Assembly: GCA_044375955.1 (NCBI GenBank)
Contig: JBILLS010000002.1
Location: 17,690-81,689 of the forward strand
Origin: Candidatus Nanopelagicales bacterium
GTDB lineage: Bacteria > Actinomycetota > Actinomycetes > S36-B12
DNA: 64,000 nucleotides
Direction: 5' to 3'
Shown: in pieces, positions 39,790 through 49,854 of the stretch
Numbering within the stretch: the stretch's first letter is position 1
Layout: each line of letters opens with the position of its first letter
Translations under genes and position numbers: made by a program
The notes under the pieces: generated by a model
Database searches by the model: none
What the model was told of the DNA's origin: nothing
The model's input: only the letters and a program-made list of their open reading frames with translations

Positions 39790-41019
39790 CTACGCGGGTA
39801 CTTCCTTGGCGACCTTCGCCGCGGACTTCACCCACGCGCTGCCGTTATCGGTGAACCCCGATGGCATGGCGTCTTTGACCTGTGAGTCCTGCGCGTAGGC
39901 CGAACCGTTGTCGTACCAACCACTGGGAGCTGCGTTCTTCACCTGGTAGGTGACGGTGCGTGAGCTACCGCTCCATCCCATGCACGCACCGCCATGCATC
40001 GTGCCTCCGTTCGGGCACGTGGTACCCGACCAGTCGGTGCCGAAGTTCCGATACTCCGAACCCGGGCAATCCGGGCCCGAGCACTGCTCGACCCTCGATT
40101 CGGTGCGATAGGAGTAGGGCTGGGTCTGGGTCTCGGTGCGATAGGTGTACGCGCGGGTCTGTGTGCACAGGTCACCGGCATCGCTGAAACCGTCCGGGCA
40201 GACGTAGATAGTGCGCGTGCGTGGTGCAGGAGGAGCTGCGGGTGCAGCGGGCGCAGCCGCTGGTGCGGGCGCTGGCGCGGGTGCGATCGGTGCCTGCCCC
40301 GTTGGTGTCGGTTCCGGGGTGGCCACGGGCTTCACAGGTACTGGTTGCTCGACCGGAGCCTGCGGTGCTTGGGCCACCAGCCCGGTGATCTCACCCAGGC
40401 TCCGGTTCATCCGCGCGGATGTCGCGCGACCCTCACCGAGTGCGTTCGCCGGAGTCACCCGCAGGGTGTAGCGGACGTTGGGGTCCAGGCCGTTGAGTGT
40501 GGTGGAGCGGGACTTCACCGTGTCGACGATGCTCGTGGTCCCTGTGTCCGGGATCGCTTCGACCAGGAAGCGCACGGGACCCTGTTGCGTGGACTCCTGA
40601 TGAGCCCAGGTCAGGCGAACACTGGAGTTCGATCCGGTGGTCGTGACGCGCAATCCGGAGGCTTCACCGGTGGCGGCGATGGGGGTGACGGTTGTCGACG
40701 CGGACGTGGTGAGCACGGTGTAGACAACGCCGTTGCGCAGCCCGGTGAAGGTGACAACACCACGCGCGTTGGTGGTGCCCTCGCGCGGTTCGAATGCCTT
40801 CGTACGCGTGCTCTGCTTCGGGAACACGCTGACCCGGGTGCGTGGTGTGGTGGTCACCGAGATCGTTCCGGGAGCTGTCGGTGTTGCAGTGAGTCGCCCG
40901 CGCGTGTCCTCGGCGATGACGACGCCGGAGGTGGTGCTATCCGATGTGGACGCGAGCGCGGGTGTTGCGAAGCCAACGAGCAGGGTGCTCGTGAGTGCGG
41001 CGACGAGTGTGCGTTTCAT
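39790..41019 (-). CDS. Secreted protein with fibronectin type III domain, Pro/Ala linker and Cys-rich C-terminal module
   Basis: AGGAGAG RBS before ATG 41019; signal peptide ending PALA; FN3 motifs VRLTW and LNGLDPNVRYTLRVTPANALGEG; APAPAPA linker; six Cys in the tail. Confidence 0.8.
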   Translation of the reverse strand: MKRTLVAALTSTLLVGFATPALASTSDSTTSGVVIAEDTRGRLTATPTAPGTISVTTTPRTRVSVFPKQSTRTKAFEPREGTTNARGVVTFTGLRNGVVYTVLTTSASTTVTPIAATGEASGLRVTTTGSNSSVRLTWAHQESTQQGPVRFLVEAIPDTGTTSIVDTVKSRSTTLNGLDPNVRYTLRVTPANALGEGRATSARMNRSLGEITGLVAQAPQAPVEQPVPVKPVATPEPTPTGQAPIAPAPAPAPAAAPAAPAAPPAPRTRTIYVCPDGFSDAGDLCTQTRAYTYRTETQTQPYSYRTESRVEQCSGPDCPGSEYRNFGTDWSGTTCPNGGTMHGGACMGWSGSSRTVTYQVKNAAPSGWYDNGSAYAQDSQVKDAMPSGFTDNGSAWVKSAAKVAKEVPA

Positions 41020-41201
41020 GACCCTCTCCTTGCAGGTTCCTTGGTGAAGGAGTGATCGGGTCCGACGTCGATGAAACGTGTTCGTCATCGAGCTGTGGAC
41101 GAACTGCGACATGGGTCAAGCACAGTGATGTAAGTGCATAGATGTGGTGTGAATTCCATGCGTGGGATTCGATTGTCGGTGCCGGATGGGAGGATGCGCG
41201 G

Positions 41202-42554
41202 GTGGTGGATATCGCGGCCGAACTGAGCGCCGTCGTCGGGCCGAGTCACGTGATCACCGACCCCGCCGTGATGGAGCCGCACCTGGTGGACTGGACGCGC
41301 CGGTACCGCGGTGAGGCGACATGCGTGGTGCGCCCGGGCAGCACCGACGAGGTTGCTTCCGTGATGCGACTGTGCTCGCGGGCGGGTGTCCCTGTGGTGG
41401 TGCAGGGAGGCAACACCGGACTGGTGGGGGGAGCCGTGCCCGGTGACGGCCTGCCCGTCATCCTGTCCACCCGCCGCCTCGACTGGGTCGGCGAGGTGGA
41501 CCCGCTCTCGGGGCAGATAAGTGCGGGTGCCGGTGCCACGTTGGGTGACGTGCAGAGGGCTGCGGCCTCGGCCGGATGGCTCTACGGGATCGACCTCGCG
41601 GCACGGGACTCGGCGACCATCGGCGGCACGATCGCAACCAATGCCGGCGGCATCCACGTGGTGGCGTACGGGATGACGCGGGCTCAGGTGGTCGGTATCG
41701 AGGCCGTGATGGCCGATGGCACGGTGCTGTCCCACATGGCCGGCCTGATGAAGGACAACACAGGTTTCGACCTCGGCGCTTTGCTGTGTGGTTCCGAGGG
41801 GACCCTCGCGGTGATCACCGCGGTGCGCCTGCGGCTGCACCGCCCACCGGGTGCGACCACGGTGGCACTGATCGGATGCGCGTCGTATGCGGACGCGTTG
41901 GACGTGATGCACGGCGCCGTCGCACCGGGTGTCGCGGTGATCGGTGCGGAAGTGATCGATGACACCGGCATGGCGTTGGTGGAGCCGGTTATCGGTCAGC
42001 GCTACCCGCTGGCATCCCGGCACCCGCTGGTGCTGCTCCTCGAGGTCGCCGAAGGCGGCACGGGCGATGGCCTCCTCGGACTCGACGAACGCGACGTGGT
42101 CGTCGGGATCGACGCCGCGGAGCGTGCCCGGCTGTGGTCCTTCCGCGAATCACAGGCCGATGCCTTCGCCACCCTCGGTGTGCTGCACAAGCTCGATGTG
42201 TCGATTCCGCTGGATGCCCTACCGGCGTGCGCGGAGGAACTCTTTGCGTTGCTGGACGGAGATTCGGAGGTTATGGCGCAGGGAATCTTCGGACACCTGG
42301 GCGATGGGAACCTGCACGTCGAGTTCACCGGACCCGCGGCGGATGACTACCGGGTGGATCGACTAGTGCTCGAATGCGTGGCACGGCACTCCGGGTCGGT
42401 ATCCGCCGAGCACGGCATCGGCCGCGCCAAAGCCGACTACCTGGAGTTGAGCCGCAGCCGTGCGGAGATCGCCGCGATGCGCGCGATCAAGAACGCATGG
42501 GATCCGCTGGGGATCCTCAACCCGGGCGTGTTGTTCCCTTCCGGCTCCGCGTAG
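41202..42554 (+). CDS. FAD-binding oxidoreductase (GlcD/D-2-hydroxyacid dehydrogenase family)
   Basis: QGGNTGLVGG, ATIGGTIATNAGG, KDNTGFDL, GSEGTL, FGHLGDGNLH, SAEHGIG and DPLGILNPG motifs. Confidence 0.92.
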   Translation: MVDIAAELSAVVGPSHVITDPAVMEPHLVDWTRRYRGEATCVVRPGSTDEVASVMRLCSRAGVPVVVQGGNTGLVGGAVPGDGLPVILSTRRLDWVGEVDPLSGQISAGAGATLGDVQRAAASAGWLYGIDLAARDSATIGGTIATNAGGIHVVAYGMTRAQVVGIEAVMADGTVLSHMAGLMKDNTGFDLGALLCGSEGTLAVITAVRLRLHRPPGATTVALIGCASYADALDVMHGAVAPGVAVIGAEVIDDTGMALVEPVIGQRYPLASRHPLVLLLEVAEGGTGDGLLGLDERDVVVGIDAAERARLWSFRESQADAFATLGVLHKLDVSIPLDALPACAEELFALLDGDSEVMAQGIFGHLGDGNLHVEFTGPAADDYRVDRLVLECVARHSGSVSAEHGIGRAKADYLELSRSRAEIAAMRAIKNAWDPLGILNPGVLFPSGSA

Positions 42555-42811
42555 CAATGTTGGTCAGGGCGCCTGTAGTCCGAAGCGACATTGGGCACGC
42601 CCCGCACTCAGCTTGACGTAAAGCAGACGAGGAGTGCCCGGTGGTTCGCCGGATTCAGAGTCTCAGCGCCACGATCCCCGCCTGGGCCGCCGTCAGCGGT
42701 GTGGCCTGCCCAACCCGGGGACGGATCCTTGCGCGGTGATCGAAGCTTTCGAGGCCGCAGGCTGACCACGGAGAGTTCCTTCTCGCTTCCTCCCACGTTG
42801 GCGGGGAATGC

Positions 42812-43606
42812 CTACGTCCCCCGCGGATGCCGCGTAAGCGAAACCGCGGCTGCGATGACCGGGACCGTGATCACCAACCCGGCCACAAGTGCCATGGAGT
42901 CGTAGATCTCCCCCGTGCGTCCCAGCAGCGGATTCAGCACCACGGGGAGGCCGAAGGAGGCGTAGAGCACGATCGCCTGGGCGTAGAAGTTCCGCGGCCG
43001 CGGTGCCTCGCAGCCGTGGATGATGCTGTCGCGGTTCAGCAGCGCCGTGACGATCAGGAAGAACGTGAAGGTGGTCACGACCCAGCCGATGTAGTTGTGG
43101 ACGGGGACACCGAAGTAGGAGCCACCATCCACCCAGGTCCACTTGCCCAGCAGGGTCGAGGCGATTGGATCGCTGGCGAGGTCGAGGAAGGTCATGACCA
43201 GGGAGGTTGTGAACGCGGTGACCACCACACCGATGGCGCTGAGTTTGCGGTTGAGGTTGCCCAGCAGCAAGCGCGTAACGATGAGTGCGCCATAGGCCAT
43301 GGCGAAATACCCCAGCGGTAGCAGGATCGGGACCTTGGCGAGCAAGGGACCGATCGCGGTGGGTGAGTAGAAGTACTCACCGAAAACCAGGCCGGTGTGA
43401 GTGCCGACGAACTCGTAGGAGTAGGCGACGACGTAGATCACCGCGAACCCGCTGAGCGCCATGCGCCAGCCGGCCCAGGCGATGAAGTGCCACAACGCGA
43501 TGACGACCGGGAGTTCCCCGACGACGAATGCCAGCGCCGGGTTCACACCCTCCGGGGGCAGGACGGCACTGGCGAGAAGAAGGGCGAGCAGGATCCAGCG
43601 GGTCAT
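42812..43606 (-). CDS. CruF/DUF422-family membrane protein (carotenoid hydratase-like)
   Basis: YEFVGTHTGLVFGEY, FLDLASDPIA, WTWVDGGSYFGVPVHNYIGW motifs. Confidence 0.8.
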   Translation of the reverse strand: MTRWILLALLLASAVLPPEGVNPALAFVVGELPVVIALWHFIAWAGWRMALSGFAVIYVVAYSYEFVGTHTGLVFGEYFYSPTAIGPLLAKVPILLPLGYFAMAYGALIVTRLLLGNLNRKLSAIGVVVTAFTTSLVMTFLDLASDPIASTLLGKWTWVDGGSYFGVPVHNYIGWVVTTFTFFLIVTALLNRDSIIHGCEAPRPRNFYAQAIVLYASFGLPVVLNPLLGRTGEIYDSMALVAGLVITVPVIAAAVSLTRHPRGT

Positions 43607-43615
43607 TGGGCATAC

Positions 43616-44437
43616 CTACCAGATGGACCATCCGCCGTCGACCATTAACTCCTGACCGGTAATCCACGCACCCGCGTCACTCGAAAGCAGGGCGACCGCG
43701 CCCTTGACGTTCTCCGGAACGCCGGTGCGCTGCAGGGCGTTCATGGTGCGGAAGATCTCCACCTGCGCCGGGTCCGTCGCCGGTGGCGGAATCTGGCCAA
43801 GACAAATGCAGTTGACCGTGACACCGGACCCGCCGAACTCGGCGGCCAGGGCCCGGGTGAGATTGAGAACCCCGGCTTTCGAGGCCAGATACGGCGCCCC
43901 AGACCGCTGGAATGCGGGCGTATAGGTGCGGGGGTTCATCGCGAGCCGGGAACCGATCGATCCGACGGTGATGATCGAGCCACGATGCGCGGGCAGCATC
44001 ACCTTCGCCGCCTCCTGGGCGCAGATATAGGTGCTGACGAGGTTCATCTCGAACGCCGCGTAGAACTCATCCAGTGGAGCATCCGGTGGATGGCGTGTGG
44101 TGCGGTGGCCACCGGCGTTGGCCACCATGACGTCGAGCCGGCCGTGATCGGCCATCACGCGGGCGACGACGTCGCGGACCTGATCCTCCTTCGTCGCGTC
44201 ACACCCGAGCCCGGTGACGTCGAGCCCGCGTTGACGGAAGTCCGCGGCGACCTCCTCGCAGAGTTCACTGCGCCGGGAGGCGATGTAGACGCTCGCACCG
44301 AGTTCGGCCAGGGACTCCGCGAATGCCCTCCCCAGGTGTGTTCCTCCACCGGTGACGATCGCGGTGCGCCCGGTGAGGTCCAGGAGGTCCTGAATCGGGC
44401 GATGGCTCGTGCTGGGTCCTGGGGTGGCAGCTGTCAT
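43616..44437 (-). CDS. Short-chain dehydrogenase/reductase
   Basis: TGGGTHLG, ANAG, YLASK, VNCI and ITGQELMVDGG; start ATG 44437. Confidence 0.9.
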   Translation of the reverse strand: MTAATPGPSTSHRPIQDLLDLTGRTAIVTGGGTHLGRAFAESLAELGASVYIASRRSELCEEVAADFRQRGLDVTGLGCDATKEDQVRDVVARVMADHGRLDVMVANAGGHRTTRHPPDAPLDEFYAAFEMNLVSTYICAQEAAKVMLPAHRGSIITVGSIGSRLAMNPRTYTPAFQRSGAPYLASKAGVLNLTRALAAEFGGSGVTVNCICLGQIPPPATDPAQVEIFRTMNALQRTGVPENVKGAVALLSSDAGAWITGQELMVDGGWSIW

Positions 44438-44511
44438 ACAGGAAGTCTGGCACCGGACGTTGCCGTGCGGAGGGGATTCGTGGTGAGTGGAGTGGCGGCC
44501 ATCGGAGTCGG

Positions 44512-45933
44512 TCAGGAGTTGAAACCGAGGCCGAACCTGTCGAGGGTGCGCAGCCAGGCACCGCGATGTCCGGTGGCGTCCTCGCGCGCCAGTTGCGCGC
44601 GAGTGAACTGGATGAGCGGGTAGCGGAAGGGTTCCGGCGGGAACGGGAACGGCTTGCGCCGCACCAGGGTGAGCGCGGTGCGTTCGGTGCGGCAGTTGTC
44701 GAGTAGATCGAGCATCGTCAGGGCACCGAACCGGGAGGAGGCGGTGCCGAGGCCGGTATAGCCGACGGCGTAGGCGAGCTGCCCGTCCATCGCGGTGCCG
44801 ATCGCGGGAGTGAACCGGCTCGTCGAGTCGATCAGGCCGGCCCACTTGTGGGTGAAGCGCAGTCCCTCGAGTTGCGGGAACGTCGCGAAGAACTGCGTGG
44901 CCAAGAGTGCGTGGCTGGCATCCCGGTGCTCGAGGGCCGGATCGGTGCGGTTGCCGCGGTGATAGATCGCGTCGTAGCCACCCCACAGGATGCGGTTGTC
45001 CGGGGTGCGGCGGTAGTAGTGGAACTGATTGCCGATGTCGGTGAGCCCCTGGTTCTCGCGCCAGCCGATGTCGTCGAGTTGACGGTCGGTGAGTGGCTCG
45101 GTGACGAGAACGTGGTCGAAGATCGGGAGGACGCGGTAGCGCAGGCGTCGCAGCAGTGGCGTGAACGCGTTGGTGGCGAGCACTGCGTGGCGTGCGGTGA
45201 TCGTGGTGATCGGTGTGGTGGCGGTGATGGTTCGTGTGTTGGTGGTGCGGTGCAGGGCGGTGATCGGTGTGTTCTCGTGGATGCGGACACCGAGTGCGTG
45301 GGCGGTGCGCGCGAGTCCCCAGGCGAGGCGTGCGGGATCCATCAGTCCGCTACCGGTGCGCACCCGCAGGCCACCGAGGTAGGTGGGTGAGTGCACATCG
45401 GCGCGCATCGCGCCCTGGTCGAGGAGTTCGGCGTCCTCATCCCACCGTCGGTGAATCTCGAGCATCGGGCGTAGGGATCGCTGCGCGTGCGGTGTGGTCG
45501 CGATGGCCGTCTTGCCCACCAGTTGTAGGTCTGCATCGATGTGGTGCTCGCGGGTGAATGCGACGATCTCGGCCAGGTTCTGCCGGCCCAGGTGGACGAG
45601 TCGGTCCATCTCGGTGGGCCAGAGCGCTTCGCCATGGGCCAGCCCGTGGGTCAGCGAGGCGGAGATGAAACCGCCGTTGCGCCCCGACCCACCGTGCGCG
45701 ATGGTGCTCGCGTCGATGAGCAGCACGTCGCGCTCGGGGTTGTGTTGTTTGGCGCAGATCGCTGTCCAGAGGCCGGTGAAGCCCGCTCCGATGATGAGCA
45801 GGTCCGCGGTGGTCGGTGCCTCCAGTGGCGGGTGCGGGGTGGGTCGGTCCGGGCGGTCGGTCCAGAACGGCGTGTGGACGACGTCGGCGAGGGACGCGCG
45901 GATCCGGCTGTCACCGGGGGTGAGGACGCTCAT
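44512..45933 (-). CDS. FAD-dependent amine oxidoreductase (PuuB/DadA family)
   Basis: [43 protein letters not shown] and PFPFPPEP motifs. Confidence 0.9.
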   Translation of the reverse strand: MSVLTPGDSRIRASLADVVHTPFWTDRPDRPTPHPPLEAPTTADLLIIGAGFTGLWTAICAKQHNPERDVLLIDASTIAHGGSGRNGGFISASLTHGLAHGEALWPTEMDRLVHLGRQNLAEIVAFTREHHIDADLQLVGKTAIATTPHAQRSLRPMLEIHRRWDEDAELLDQGAMRADVHSPTYLGGLRVRTGSGLMDPARLAWGLARTAHALGVRIHENTPITALHRTTNTRTITATTPITTITARHAVLATNAFTPLLRRLRYRVLPIFDHVLVTEPLTDRQLDDIGWRENQGLTDIGNQFHYYRRTPDNRILWGGYDAIYHRGNRTDPALEHRDASHALLATQFFATFPQLEGLRFTHKWAGLIDSTSRFTPAIGTAMDGQLAYAVGYTGLGTASSRFGALTMLDLLDNCRTERTALTLVRRKPFPFPPEPFRYPLIQFTRAQLAREDATGHRGAWLRTLDRFGLGFNS

Positions 45934-46988
45934 GAGGGAATCAGCACCGCGCCGGAGGCATCCCAGGTGATCCCCACCTCCGCGCCCGCGTGGACGGTCG
46001 GTGCGCCCGCATGCGAGGCGATCACGGGTGCGTCCAGGCCCGGGACGGTGATGGAGGTGGTGGACGACCCGCCGTAGAAGTGCGTCTCCACCACGGTCCC
46101 GCGCAGGGGTGTGGTGGTGGGATCGGTGCGCAGGGTGACGTTCTCCGGCCGGATGAGCAGGACGGCGGCGCCGGTGATGCTGCTGGCGGGCGCGGGCAAC
46201 CGCGTGCCGAGCGCCTCGAATCCCGATGCAGTGGCTGTCCCGCAGATGAGCGTTCCAGAACCGATGAAGTCCGCGACGAACACGTTGGCCGGTTTGGAGT
46301 AGAGGGTGATCGGGTCGGCGATCTGCTGCACGCGCCCCTCGTGCATGACCGCGATGCGGTCGGCCATGCTCATCGCCTCCTCCTGATCGTGGGTGACCAC
46401 GACGAAGGTGATGCCGACCTCGTGTTGCAACCGCTTGAGTTCGATCTGCATCTCCGCACGCACCTTGCGGTCCAGGGCGGAGAGTGGTTCGTCGAGCAGC
46501 AGCAGGCGCGGGCGCTTGACGATCGCGCGGGCCAGCGCCACGCGTTGCTTCTGGCCACCGGACAGTTGCTGCGGTCGCGCGGTCGCCTTGTCCGTGAGTG
46601 CGACGATCTCGAGCACCTCGTCGACCCGCGCGGTGATCTCGGTCGCAGGCAGGCCCTCACGCTCGAGTCCGTACGCGATGTTCTTGCGCACGTTCATGTG
46701 CGGGAAGAGGGCGTAGGACTGGAACATCAGATTGACCGGGCGCTTGTTCGGCGGAAGAGCGAGTAGGTCGATGTTTGTGCCCGCGTTCGAGGTATCCGTC
46801 ATCGTGATGGTGCCCGCATCCGGATCCTCGAACCCGGCGATTGCCCGCAGCAGGGTGGTCTTGCCGCAGCCGGAGGGCCCGAGCAGGGCGAAGAACTCGT
46901 TGGCCGCGATGTCCACGCTGACGTCGTCGAGGGCGACGACGGATCCGTAGGACTTCGACACGTGGGCGATGGTGAGCAGATTCGTCAT
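45930..46988 (-). CDS. Polyamine-type ABC transporter ATP-binding protein (PotA-like)
   Basis: [43 protein letters not shown]; start ATG 46988. Confidence 0.92.
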   Translation of the reverse strand: MTNLLTIAHVSKSYGSVVALDDVSVDIAANEFFALLGPSGCGKTTLLRAIAGFEDPDAGTITMTDTSNAGTNIDLLALPPNKRPVNLMFQSYALFPHMNVRKNIAYGLEREGLPATEITARVDEVLEIVALTDKATARPQQLSGGQKQRVALARAIVKRPRLLLLDEPLSALDRKVRAEMQIELKRLQHEVGITFVVVTHDQEEAMSMADRIAVMHEGRVQQIADPITLYSKPANVFVADFIGSGTLICGTATASGFEALGTRLPAPASSITGAAVLLIRPENVTLRTDPTTTPLRGTVVETHFYGGSSTTSITVPGLDAPVIASHAGAPTVHAGAEVGITWDASGAVLIPS

Positions 46989-47755
46989 ACGGCATCCGTG
47001 AGTCGGGTGATCCGCTGGGCGGAGATCACGATGGTGAAGGACACGAGAAGCAGGATCGTGGCCAGGGCGTTGATCTCGGGGGTGACACCGAAGCGCACCA
47101 TGGAGTAGATGACGATCGGGAGCGTGGGTGTGCTCGGACCGTTGGTGAAGAACGCGATCACGAACTCGTCGATGCTGAGGGTGAACACGAGCAGGGCTCC
47201 GGCGATGATGCCCGGGGCGAGTGTGGGCAGCGTGATGCGCAGGAAGGTCGACGTGGCACTCGCGCCGAGGTCGCGACTTGCTTCCTCGAGACTCGGGTCG
47301 GTCTGACCCAGGCGTGCGATCACTACCGCGGCCACGAACGCCATCCCGAAGACCACGTGGGACAGCAGGACCGAGAAAAGACTGAGTGAGACCCCGATGA
47401 GGGAGAAGAAGGCGAGCAGACCGATGGCCAGCACGAGGTCGGGGATGATCGCTGGAGCGAGGCTGTAGGCCTCGACGATCGCCGAACGCACGTAGCGCGC
47501 GACCCCGATCGCCAGCAATGTGCCGAGCACGGTGGCAACGATGGTCGCGCCGACCGCGACGATGAGGGTGTTGATCAGGCCCTCGCGCACAAGCTCGTTC
47601 TGCGCCAGCTCCCCGTACCACCGGGTGGAGAACCCGGTCCAGACGAACGGGATCTTGCTCGCGTTGAAGCTCATCACCACTAGCACCGCGATAGGCAGGT
47701 AAAGGAACAGGTACGTGAACCAGAGCGGCAGACGGAGCCAACCGATGCTACGCAC
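46985..47755 (-). CDS. Polyamine-type ABC permease (PotC-like)
   Basis: [15 protein letters not shown] (EAA loop), TLPIVIYS and PEINAL motifs. Confidence 0.92.
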   Translation of the reverse strand: MRSIGWLRLPLWFTYLFLYLPIAVLVVMSFNASKIPFVWTGFSTRWYGELAQNELVREGLINTLIVAVGATIVATVLGTLLAIGVARYVRSAIVEAYSLAPAIIPDLVLAIGLLAFFSLIGVSLSLFSVLLSHVVFGMAFVAAVVIARLGQTDPSLEEASRDLGASATSTFLRITLPTLAPGIIAGALLVFTLSIDEFVIAFFTNGPSTPTLPIVIYSMVRFGVTPEINALATILLLVSFTIVISAQRITRLTDAV

Positions 47756-48644
47756 GGGCGGTCCTCCCGTTGATGCGCCGGGAGATGTATGCCTGGAGGG
47801 CGAACAGGATCACCAGGAGCGCGATCACGAAGAGGGCCAGTACGGCACCGAAGGGCCAGTCGCGGGTCTCCAGGAACTGGTCGCGGATCAGGTTGCCGAC
47901 CATCACGGTCTTTCCACCACCGAGGAGCTCGGGAACAACGAAGTTCCCCATGCTCGGGACGAACACGAAGATCGCACCGATCATCGCGCCCGGCAGGGTG
48001 AGCGGCAGGGTGATGTCAAAGAAGACGCGGGCCCGGCTGGCACCGAGGTTGCTCGCGGCCTCGAGGAGTTGCCGGTCGAGTCGCTCGACGGATGCGTAGA
48101 CCGGCAGGATCACCAGCGGGATATAGGCGTAGAGCAAGCCGACGATCACCGCACCGGGTGTGTAGAGCAGACCGAGGGGTGCGCTGATGAAACCGATATC
48201 CACCAGTGCGCGGTTGAGCAGACCCTCGGAGTTCAGCAGCACGATCCAGGCGTAAGTGCGGATCAGGAAGTTGGTCCAGAACGGGAGCACCACGAGAACG
48301 AGGGCGATGGTGCGCCACTTCTTCGGCAGGCGCGCGATCGCATACGCCGCCGGGTAACCGATCAGCAATGCGAGCACCGTGGTGGTCCCGGCGATTAGCA
48401 GCGACTCGGTGAAAACGTTGACGTAGACGGGCTCGAACGCGCGGGCGTAGTTCTCGAAGGTGAACTCCCACACCACGCCACCGAAGCGGCCGCGCTGGAA
48501 GAACGAATAAACCAGGACCAGAACGACCGGGATCGTCATGAACAGGGTGATGTAGAGCAGCCCCGGTCCGGCGAAGATGGCACGCGCATTCAGGGCGCGG
48601 CGCCGAGTGGCGCCGCGCCCTGATGCACTACGTGCAGCGGTCAC
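47748..48644 (-). CDS. Polyamine-type ABC permease (PotB-like)
   Basis: LPFWTNFLIRTYAW, EAASNLGA and RDWPFGA motifs; start GTG 48644. Confidence 0.92.
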   Translation of the reverse strand: MTAARSASGRGATRRRALNARAIFAGPGLLYITLFMTIPVVLVLVYSFFQRGRFGGVVWEFTFENYARAFEPVYVNVFTESLLIAGTTTVLALLIGYPAAYAIARLPKKWRTIALVLVVLPFWTNFLIRTYAWIVLLNSEGLLNRALVDIGFISAPLGLLYTPGAVIVGLLYAYIPLVILPVYASVERLDRQLLEAASNLGASRARVFFDITLPLTLPGAMIGAIFVFVPSMGNFVVPELLGGGKTVMVGNLIRDQFLETRDWPFGAVLALFVIALLVILFALQAYISRRINGRTARA

Positions 48645-48645
48645 G

Positions 48646-49737
48646 TCAGCTCGAGGTGACCTCGGTGACGATCTCCGAGTACTTCGGTGCGGCATCCCCG
48701 AGATCCACGAGGCTCTCGCCCTTGAGCAGGTCGGCCGGAGTCAGACCCATATTCGGGAATGTCTCGGCCAGCGCTGCCACCTGCTCCATGGCGGGCTTGT
48801 TCGGGACCTTGTAGAGGATGTTCTCCGCGACCCAGGCGTGGTTGGCCGGATCGAGGATGTAGTTGATGAAGGCGTGCGCCGCCTCCTTGTTCTTCGAGGA
48901 CTTCAGGATCACCATCGTGTCCGCCCACAGGTCACTGCCCTCGGAGGGAACGGCGAACTTGATGTCCGGGTTCTCGGCGGTGCCGTAGTTGCACCAGCCA
49001 TCCCACGCCACGACCATGTTCGCCTCACCGGAGACCAGGCGTGAGTAGAACGTGGTGTCGTCGTAGGCGAGCAGACCCGGCTTGGCTGCGAGCAGCTTCT
49101 CCTTCACCTGCTCGAGCTCACCTTCGTCGGTGGTGTTCGCCGAGAAACCGAGAGCCTTCTGCGCCGGCAGCATCAGCCAGCGATCGGTTGCAAGCGCGGT
49201 TACCTTGCCCTTGTTCTCCGCACTCGGCTCGAGGATCGCGTTCCAGCTGGTGGGCTCGTCCACGACGTCGCTGCGGTAGCAGATGCCCGTGGTGCCCCAG
49301 GCGTAGGGAACCGAGAACTTGTTGCCCGGGTCGTAGGACAGTTCCTGCGCCTCGGGATAGAGGTTCGCCAGGTTCGGGATGAACTCGGGGTTCAGCTGCT
49401 CGACCAGGCCCGCCTCGTTCAGGGCCTGCGCGAACTGACCCGACACGAACGCGACGTCGAAGCCGGAATCACCGCCCGCGGTGAGCTTGGCCATGATCTC
49501 CTCGTTCGTGGCGTGATTGCTGATCGTCATCGGGGTCCCGACGGCACCCTCGAACTTCTCCGCGAGGTCCTCGGGGTAGTAGCCCGCCCAGTTGGAGATG
49601 GTGAGGGTCTGCTGGGACAGATCGGCGTTCGGGTCCAGCTCGGATGCGCTGTCCCCGCCTCCGCACGCGGACAGCACCAGGGCGGCCGCGGCGGTGGTGA
49701 CCAGCAGCGCGCCGGTCCGTGGTGTGAGTCGACGCAT
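48646..49737 (-). CDS. Polyamine-type ABC substrate-binding lipoprotein (PotD/PotF-like)
   Basis: Lipobox LSAC, NWAGY, PYAWGTTGI, PSEGSDLWAD, AHAFINY; GAAGGAGA RBS. Confidence 0.92.
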   Translation of the reverse strand: MRRLTPRTGALLVTTAAAALVLSACGGGDSASELDPNADLSQQTLTISNWAGYYPEDLAEKFEGAVGTPMTISNHATNEEIMAKLTAGGDSGFDVAFVSGQFAQALNEAGLVEQLNPEFIPNLANLYPEAQELSYDPGNKFSVPYAWGTTGICYRSDVVDEPTSWNAILEPSAENKGKVTALATDRWLMLPAQKALGFSANTTDEGELEQVKEKLLAAKPGLLAYDDTTFYSRLVSGEANMVVAWDGWCNYGTAENPDIKFAVPSEGSDLWADTMVILKSSKNKEAAHAFINYILDPANHAWVAENILYKVPNKPAMEQVAALAETFPNMGLTPADLLKGESLVDLGDAAPKYSEIVTEVTSS

Positions 49738-49818
49738 CAGTTCTCCTTCGGCTTGGAATGCGTGTCCTGCTCATGAAACAGCACGGACTGGGGGAATACC
49801 AGGGTTATTGCCAAATTG

Positions 49819-49834
49819 TTGAATTCGGGTTCAA
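49819..49834. promoter_or_regulatory. Putative TetR operator TTGAA-N6-TTCAA
   Basis: Inverted repeat TTGAAttcgggTTCAA in the short divergent spacer between the ABC operon and the TetR gene. Confidence 0.6.
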
Positions 49835-49854
49835 GAAACTCCTACCCTCGACCC

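Noticed and set aside
40225-40330. Tandem repeat in the APAPAPAAAPAAP-coding DNA
   Set aside because: Codons vary; it is a low-complexity protein linker, not a DNA repeat array.
43616-44986. 456-aa extended SDR
   Set aside because: The N-terminal part overlaps the oxidase gene in another frame; SDR motifs begin after ATG 44437.
45930-47741. 603-aa ORF suggesting an ATPase with a long N-terminal fusion
   Set aside because: The extension is an Arg-rich off-frame read of the PotC-like gene; the real start is ATG 46988.
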